Shown piece after piece: positions 54,532 through 64,000 of a stretch of 64,000 nucleotides of DNA (position 1 is the stretch's first letter; each line of letters starts with the position of its first letter). The translations under genes were made by a program, and so were the position numbers. Location: positions 2,365,060 to 2,429,059 of the forward strand of contig BCIN01000003.1 in NCBI GenBank assembly GCA_039545335.1, in the 5' to 3' direction. This DNA is from Kondoa subrosea (taxonomy: Eukaryota). The notes below the pieces were generated by a model that saw only the letters and a program-made list of their open reading frames with translations, was not told where the DNA came from and made no database searches.

Positions 54532-56692
<2,161 letters not shown>

Positions 56693-56791
56693 TGTTGATG
56701 AATAGATTGTTCGTGAAGAAGAGCGTCATACGAAACTCGGAAGCGAACATGTACATGTTCGCATTCTTACAGCACGTCTAGAGCTAGTCGT

Positions 56792-59675
56792 CTATGCTAC
56801 AAGGGAAATATTTTGCTCCAGCCTGCTGTTGAGCAGTGCAATTTTACTCTTTGCTTCTGTAATTGCTTTTGATCTAGGAATGCACTTTAGTGAATGCTCA
56901 GTTCAGAAGAGTAGACTACGGACTCGTCTGCCAGCATGCCTTCCAGACGAGCAATCTGAGTTCTACCCATAGACTTGGTATTCTGTTGCTTCTTGGGTTC
57001 TTCTTGTTCCAGCTTCTGCGTTTGCTGTCTCAGCATATCTAGCTGTTTAGTGACCCTTGCAACTCGATCTTGAAGTCCTTTTCCGCTCTCGCCTTGACCT
57101 ACTTCAGTCTTCAAACGATCCAGTTCTTCGAACCATTTAATTTCGAAGGTGCTGAGTTCTGGTTCATGGCCGTCCATCAATCTCTGGAGAATCCGATCTG
57201 CTCTTGAAAGCAGTTCTCGTTGATTACCTTCCACCAGATCCAATCGTTTCTTGATTTCGGATGAGTTTCCACCTGAAGCAACTCCAGCGACTTTACTTCG
57301 AAGTTCGCTGATCTTCTCCAGCTGTTTACCCAGTTCTTTACACTGCAATTCAAATCGATTTTGGACAGCATTACCAGAGGTAACGAGTTCTCGTATTGAT
57401 GTTCGCAATGAGGCGACCGTTTGACCTAGGAAACGAAGGCTTTCCGGCGTTATTTCCAGAGTTTTGCCTTTTGCTGAAGCGGGCATGACTATTCTCGGTG
57501 TGCTTGTGGCTTTGGTAGACAGGTCGATGCGGGCTGATGGCTCGAATAGTGGATGTGAGATGATGGGAATATACGATAAGAGCTGTTTCTCTTCGCTCGT
57601 ATCCAAAATTTTGGAAGGATTCGATTGACTTGTCAATGTTTCTGTTGAGTACTGAGGAACCAAAGAGAGTTCGAGCGCTACCAGTTGTAGAGAGGATGTA
57701 AGAAGCAGCACTGAGTAGCCAAGGTAGACGTCCTTCAATATTGCCAGACCACTGACTGCCGCAGAAGGAACTTCGCTCGACAAGGACAGCGTCTTCAATA
57801 TCCAACTAGATTCGGTATTATCCTCCCTTGCTAGCTCTGTTTGCAGCGCTTCATCCTTACTTGACTGCAGGGCTGCTACTAGGCGTTGTGTCAGGCGGGA
57901 GACCGAAAGTGTATGTACACCGAAAGAATGATAGATATAGCAGGAGCTGGAATAGATTGGATCTAGTGTGAAGCTTAAATTGTTCGACGACAAGAGAGTG
58001 GATAATTGAGATTGCCCTATTGTAGGTGACGTGAGGTCCAAATCAATCGTTTCGTAGACGAGTAATGTTGGCAGGTCATCTTCGTTCTATTTTCGCTTTG
58101 AGCATATCTTTAGGAAAGAGAAGAGCTGGAAATTACCTGAGTGTCCCATCGACCTTCAATCTTCTCCACTTCCAGACAAATATCGACCTTTCCGTCCGAA
58201 TACCCAATCATAAATACTCCTACGCTCAAGCCATCTTCTTCGCCATCTTTTGTGCTCTCGCTGATATACACCATATCGCATGCATTACTTTCCACTTCTC
58301 CGGCCAATTCAATAGGCGCTGGTTGCAGCAAGAAAGGTCCTTGTCTTCGTGGCCTATTCCAACGAGCTAGTTCCTTATCCATAGTAAGATGGACGTGATC
58401 TTCCAATACTTCTGAACTAAGATTTGATGCGCCATCTAGCGAAGATTGAGCTGCTTGCAGCGCCTGACTGCGCTTGAGCAGTGCAGACACATATTTCAAT
58501 TGGGTTCCCATGCGAGAGCGAACCCGTAAGTCAGTGAAGGCTGGATCAGGAGTGTGGGGCGTGTCGAAAGACAGATGAGCAGGTGCTTCAGACATTGTCG
58601 TGTCTGGATCTGAGAGGTTTTCGCATTTGTAAGTAACAAAGCGACTGAGGGAGTCTAAATAGCTTGTAGATATAGTCCTGATGTATCGCTCAGTGAAAAG
58701 GATTGGGTTTGTGGAATAGCATACTCACGAGCTTTGAGGCAGATATGGGCAAGCAGCAAAGATTTGTCCACTTCTTGTCAAGCAGTACGCCGTAAGTGGA
58801 CCCCAGTCTCCTTTCCCACTGCCAAAGTATAGGGACACCGCTTCAAGTTCTTCTTCGTCATCGCCCATAGCCATACTTGAATTGTAAGAAGGTGTCGTAA
58901 AGGAATTCCGGGTGGCAGACTTTGAGTATGCTGCTTTCGCCAGCGTAGGTTGCGTAAAATCAAGTGTAGCAACGGGTTCCGAAGCATCCCCATTTAGATC
59001 GTATTCGCGCAGAACCGCGTCTTGAGTCAGAACGCAAAGAGTAGCTCCTTTGTACCCAAGCGGATGCCACTTGACTGTTGCGATAGAAGAGGATCTAGGG
59101 CCATGATAGTATTGACCAATGGGAGCCGTCTTGCATTCGAGCTTAGCCGAGACAAGCGCAGACCATTCTTTTCGCGGCAGAACCAAAATAACAACTTCTG
59201 AGCGTCCAACAACAGCTAGAAGCTTCGGATTAGAAGGAGATGGGACGAGAGAATGGATTTCGAAGTTAATTGCTGGACTATTGAGCACTTTATAGGATCC
59301 AACAGCTGACGAAGGACCAGCTTGAGGAGTTGCATCTTTGGCAGCCTTGCTCTTCACTTGCGCAAGACTCGCTATTCGTAATTCGCTGCCAACTGCGACA
59401 ACAAGCTCTGTGTCACGCACAACTGCCATGATGCTCTGTCGACCAGATCCATGTAAATCTGCGTTGACTCGCAGCTGATCCAATCCAGCAAGGACATGTG
59501 AGACTTCTGAAGCATCGTCTCGATCCCTGCCTATCTCACTGAGATTTGGTGAAGCTGGCAATGGGACATTTCCGTTTGCCAGAGTTTCGTAAGGTAGCGT
59601 GAATATAGGATGGTGTGGCAGCAGTTCCAGCCAGTCTTGCTGTTCATCTTCCACGTCGCTCTCCGAATAAGTCAT
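56792..59675 (-). CDS. NUP82: Nucleoporin Nup82/Nup88
   Basis: WLELLPHHPIF, beta-propeller region with VKWHPLG, LREYDL, DWGPLTAYCL..SGQIFAACPYLP, QGPFLLQPAP; C-terminal coiled coil with PELSTFEIKWFEEL. Confidence 0.88.
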
Positions 59676-59733
59676 CGCTCTTGCAATGAAACCGATATTT
59701 ATTCGTTTTCCACTTCGACGAACAACTTTCGCT

Positions 59734-60455
59734 ATGGCCATCAACGTCGCTGTTGATACAGTAGCGAAGCATCTGGGCTTGTCTGGGCAGCCAGTATCCA
59801 ATGGCAGCACCTCAGGCTATGGTGCAGTAAACCAAACTCCTGCAGCACCCAAAACGTGCGCAATCTTTATCCCTGTATAAGGCTTGCGCTAACACACTGC
59901 TTCAGCAGTAGCAAGACGAAAATCGAACCCAAAGTGTATTTAGCAGCAGAGCGAACTCTTCTATCTTGGCTACGTCTCGCTGTCCTTATTGGCAGTTTCT
60001 CCATTGCGCTTGTCAATTCAGCTAAACACGGTACAACTTCACCCTTGATCAGCAAGCTATTTAGTGTTATATACGCTGCAATCGGAGCTGGGACAATTAT
60101 ATATGCCTGGAGAGTCTTTGAGACAAGGCGACAAAGGATTACCGCTAGATACCCTGGTCACTTTGGTGAGATTTACCTCGATTAATGATGAATTCGAGCA
60201 AGCTAACTTTTAACAGATGAGCTCTACGGACCACCTATCCTTTGTGCGGTAATTTTCTTAGCAGTTTTGACCAACTTCATCTTTCAAGGTGCTTTGCGCT
60301 CTCTGCATTGATCTTATCAAATGCTGATATCACTTCTGCTAGTGCTGAATCGTGAAGGTCACGTCAAGACACCTAAAAATCCGTGGCTCGCTTCTTATCT
60401 TTCCAACTTCGTGACTTTGACGCCATCGCAAGAGCCAGTGTATGTACAGCAGTAA
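59734..60455 (+). CDS. VTC1: Vacuolar transporter chaperone 1-like (DUF202)
   Basis: KIEPKVYLAAERTLLSWL, three hydrophobic segments, RYPGHFDELYGPPILC. Confidence 0.88.
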
Positions 60456-60658
60456 TCCCGGTCCGAATGTATGAATGTGTGACCTGAAGTGTGTCTATTG
60501 TTTCGTGGCCAGACGGTGCCACTTTCAACATTTCTCCCTTTGTCTCACAATGTGTTCCTTCTCGCTCCTTCATATTCTCACTCTCTTCTTGCTTTCTCTC
60601 CCGCCGGTCTCTCGTACTTGCCAAATCCTTGGATTTTCAAACATTTCTGCTCTTCAAT

Positions 60659-61248
60659 ATGAGCAATTATCTAGACCAAATGCAAAGCGCACCCTCTATC
60701 TACGCACAAGCAATAGCCCTCCTTCCCGATGGATTTACTCTCCATCCTTATTCTGTCATGGACCAGTCAGTGCGAGGTTAGAAAGAGACCTTATATCAAG
60801 GGTATTCGCAAACTGAAGCAAACTCTTTAGATTCGTTGAAGATATGGAGAGCCCTAGCGATCACCTTCATCACTTGCAAGCTTCTCTGCCGTCAATACTG
60901 TTCCGGCCTTGATGTAGATCTTTACACAGTGTCTGGCCTTCTATTATTGCTGCTCGCAACGTTGTTGTGGCATTTCAGAAGACGAGCTCGCGTTATGACC
61001 GAAGCCAATTCTTCACGTCTGGTGAAGCAAATAGATCAGTGAGTCAAACACTTATTCTAAACATGTTTGCGCCCATGCTGAATCCGATTAACTTCGACAG
61101 ATGTCGTCCAAACTTGGCTCGGCAAACTTCGGTGGCCTCTTTTGTGTCATTACCACCTTATTACGCGCCAAATATCAGTTCTTCCCACCAGGCTGATGTA
61201 GCATTGAAGGAGGTGTTAGCCATTGGTGAAAAGGAAGAATGTCTCTGA
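60659..61248 (+). CDS. Small single-pass membrane protein with a PPxY motif
   Basis: Hand-spliced: MSNYLDQ...IWRALAITFITLSGLLLLLLATLLWHFRRRAR...SFVSLPPYYAP...; TM segment followed by a basic cluster. Confidence 0.65.
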
Positions 61249-61488
61249 TTCATTGATTGGTGGTTGACTAGTCTGCTAATACTGACACAGCGCAATGATC
61301 TGTATATAGCTGTATACGCTTTGTTTCGTGTAGATTCACCATTGCGACCGATGCATTGTGCTCATGCCTGTAGTGCTTGGATCGTCGTAATTCATTGACG
61401 CTTGTCACGAACCACCACTTTTCAGGTATTTCCTGCATTTGAATATCGTAATACCCTATCATTACATTGCGCCGCGCGCTGTATCAGC

Positions 61489-63379
61489 ATGTGCGCTTAA
61501 AAAGCTTTCCTTGATCCCTCACTGAACATCGTCTCCAGGTCAGGAATCGCTGCGGGCAGCCTTGCTGAACGTATCAAAGCATTGAACGCAGCTCGAGATG
61601 CCACGAATGACAAGAAAGCGCATCAAGCGTTAGCCCCAGGCGAATTGAGCAAGCGTCGAGAAAACTTCGAACGCGAAGGAGAGAATCCTCTATTGCCCAA
61701 AGGCTCGTTTGGTCTGGGCTTACCATCGTCCAATTCGAATAGAGGTCTCGACAGAAATCGTATGGCTTCAACACCTCATTCATATGTTCCCAGTATACCT
61801 TCCATCAATCGCTCAGTCTCTGGACCTCTTTCTGCCAAGATCCCAACCAGCGAGTTGAGGCCTGCTTCAAATACTTCTACCGCTCACACCCGAAATCTTT
61901 CTACCGCTTCTTCCGCTGCTAGTAATCAAAGTCTAGCTCGACTGGTACTTACAAACGAAACGCTCGACTCTGGCTTGCGAACACCTGGATCAATCAGTTC
62001 AATGAGAGTTGAAACCGGTGCGGAGGAAGATGGAAGAGACCTTGCGCGCGCTGCTACACCTATCAGTGAAAGGGATGCTGGAATGCAAACACCAGTATTG
62101 GAAGAAGCAACTCTTGATTTCCCAGAAACGGCTGCGACCCAAGAAGATGAGGTGGAAAGCGCACTGCAAGGCGAAAATGGGGATCTGATGCAAGTAAAGG
62201 CTTCTGATGAGGAGATACAGCACCAGACGGAACAGCTGCTAGCAGAGTATGGTATGTCATTTCGTTGTCCTCTTTGTTCCGCTCGTGCTGACATGTATTT
62301 CAGAGAATGAAGAGGAAGATCCAGTCAAACGTGCAGAAGAGATGAACGAGCCTGACAGAGGTCTTAGCCAACAGGCTGCGCCGACTCAAACTCAAGCTAG
62401 TGAAGATCTGTCAGCCAATTCAGCTGCAGAAAAGACTAGCATTGAAGAAGAAGAAGCTCCTGCATTGCCTGAAAAAGTCTCCATAACGAAAGCTGAAGAG
62501 GTCAAGGTTGATTCCGCTGACGAACCCATTCTTTCTCCTTCTCCACAATCATCAAGTCGCCTTTCTTCTGCTTCTAATTCACCCGTCAAATCCAGACGCA
62601 CTTCGCTGATACCGGATCCGCCTAAGACGCCTCGATTGGAGCACGAAGAATCAGATCTGGCCGATACCTCGCTAGACAAGAGTACTCCAGATGTCACGCC
62701 TGTATTGAAGCAAAGCGATGTCTTTGGATCTACATCTGCTACACAAGTTGAGCATTCTGTGGCTGCACCAAGTCAAGATTGGGACGAAGAGGAAGACAAA
62801 GAAGATAAGGAAGATATTGCCGATCTTCATCACTCAGTCCACTCGTCGCCTGTTGTCGAAACAATGCCTAGGAAATTATCAATCACCGACCAACCAAGCG
62901 AAGAAATGGAGGATGACGAACCTCGCGTCAGGTGTTCAGCTTGTGGATCCAATGTTCCTCTCTTCGAATTGGGCGAACACGATTGCAGCACTTCTTCGCC
63001 TATTGTCTCTCCTCAGAAGCAAAAGAACCTATACATTCGTCCAACCCCGTCGGATCTTCCTTCTGAGGGCGGAGATGAAGCCAATTCAGCTTTCCTTGAG
63101 CCACAGAAGACTCCTCTTCCGCAAGATATCGAGAAACAAGAAGCGGAGACGAGCGACATTCAAGCCAATACTTCCCGTCTGTCCCTGACCAACAGCACTC
63201 CTGAAGGCCTCAGAAGAAGAACGTCAGCCAGATCAAGTGGATCGAATGAAGGCCAAGGAAGCAACAACTCCTCTATCTCTTTGCGCAAAAGCGAAGTGAT
63301 TCCCAAGACGCTGGCGGAAATGGACAAGGACTTTGACGGAGACGCTGGAGATACTGGATACGTGACTATGCTAAGATAG
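61489..63379 (+). CDS. Acidic, disordered protein with one CxxC-x12-HxC zinc-finger-like motif
   Basis: MSGIAAGSLAERIKALN... after splicing 61491-61538; second intron near 62252-62303; RCSACGSNVPLFELGEHDC. Confidence 0.75.
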
Positions 63380-63432
63380 CTCGCACTTCGTTCATTGTTT
63401 AGCATAATATTGCATCTCATCCGTTTACCATC

Positions 63433-64000
63433 ATGAGCTTTAAACTATCTCAAACGTTTCAAGGGCATTCACAAGATGTCAAGGCAGTGTGTGCAATGGG
63501 AGAGAAGCACCTGCTTTCCGCTTCACGCGATGCTACAGCTCGACAATGGGATTTGACAGACCCGAACCAAGTGACGGTGTATTCAGATTCGCATTCTGGC
63601 TTCGTTAATGCTGTGCACGCTTGCAACATCGATGGACAGCAATATGTACTGTCTGCAGGCGCTGACGCTATCATCTATGCTTGGCCAGCTGGTACCAATT
63701 CACCTTCGAACGCTTTGATAGGTCACAACAGCAACGTCTGCTGTCTTTCTAGCTACGGTGATCTCATTGTCAGTGGAAGCTGGGACAAAACAGTCAAGAT
63801 ATGGCGAAATTGGGAATGCATTGCGACGCTCGAAGGGCATGGACAAGCTGTCTGGGACGTTCTGGCACTAGAGAACGGTGTAATTACAGGTGACTGAGCC
63901 CTTCGAATGACTTCGTATACTTGAGCTGAATAGATCAGTTCAGCTTGCGCGGACAACCTGATTCGATATTATGCAAGTTACAGCTCGTCTTCTCAACCAA
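63433..64000 (+). CDS. DOA1: WD40 protein Doa1/PLAA (5' part, truncated by window end)
   Basis: MSFKLSQTFQGHSQDVKAV, SASRDATARQW, HSGFVNAV, LIGHNSNVCCL, VSGSWDKTVKIW, LEGHGQAVWDVL. Confidence 0.9.

Overview
This is eukaryotic, intron-rich, very gene-dense fungal DNA. Short ~50-nt introns, GTRAGT/GTWCGT/GTGCGT donors and the protein sequences point to a basidiomycete yeast, probably Pucciniomycotina (inference). About 28 spliced genes are supported: SMYD-type SET/MYND, a 2OG-Fe(II) oxygenase, RPL8, EGD1, DPB2, a degenerate D-amino-acid oxidase, a HIT/Hnt1-like gene, an ASH1-like SET gene, MTM1, a pseudokinase, WEE1, DLT1-like, a PPR protein, PMU1-like, UTP7, THADA/TRM732, NUP84, a chitin deacetylase, RFC5, UTP4, histone H3, RIB4, ALT1, LCB2, PGI1, NUP82, VTC1, DOA1 and several orphans. 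I recognised no transposon, rRNA, tRNA or CRISPR array. The most notable structures are: (1) a ~1.85-kb RPL8/HIT duplication split by an apparent 8.2-kb inversion, with synonymous-biased divergence and mirror-image Ns; (2) histone H3 Lys4 encoded alone by a 3-nt microexon; (3) an orphan gene lying between UTP4 and a decayed copy of the UTP4 5' end; (4) two apparent pseudoenzymes; (5) several unusual splicing arrangements. CDS coordinates span introns and were spliced by eye.
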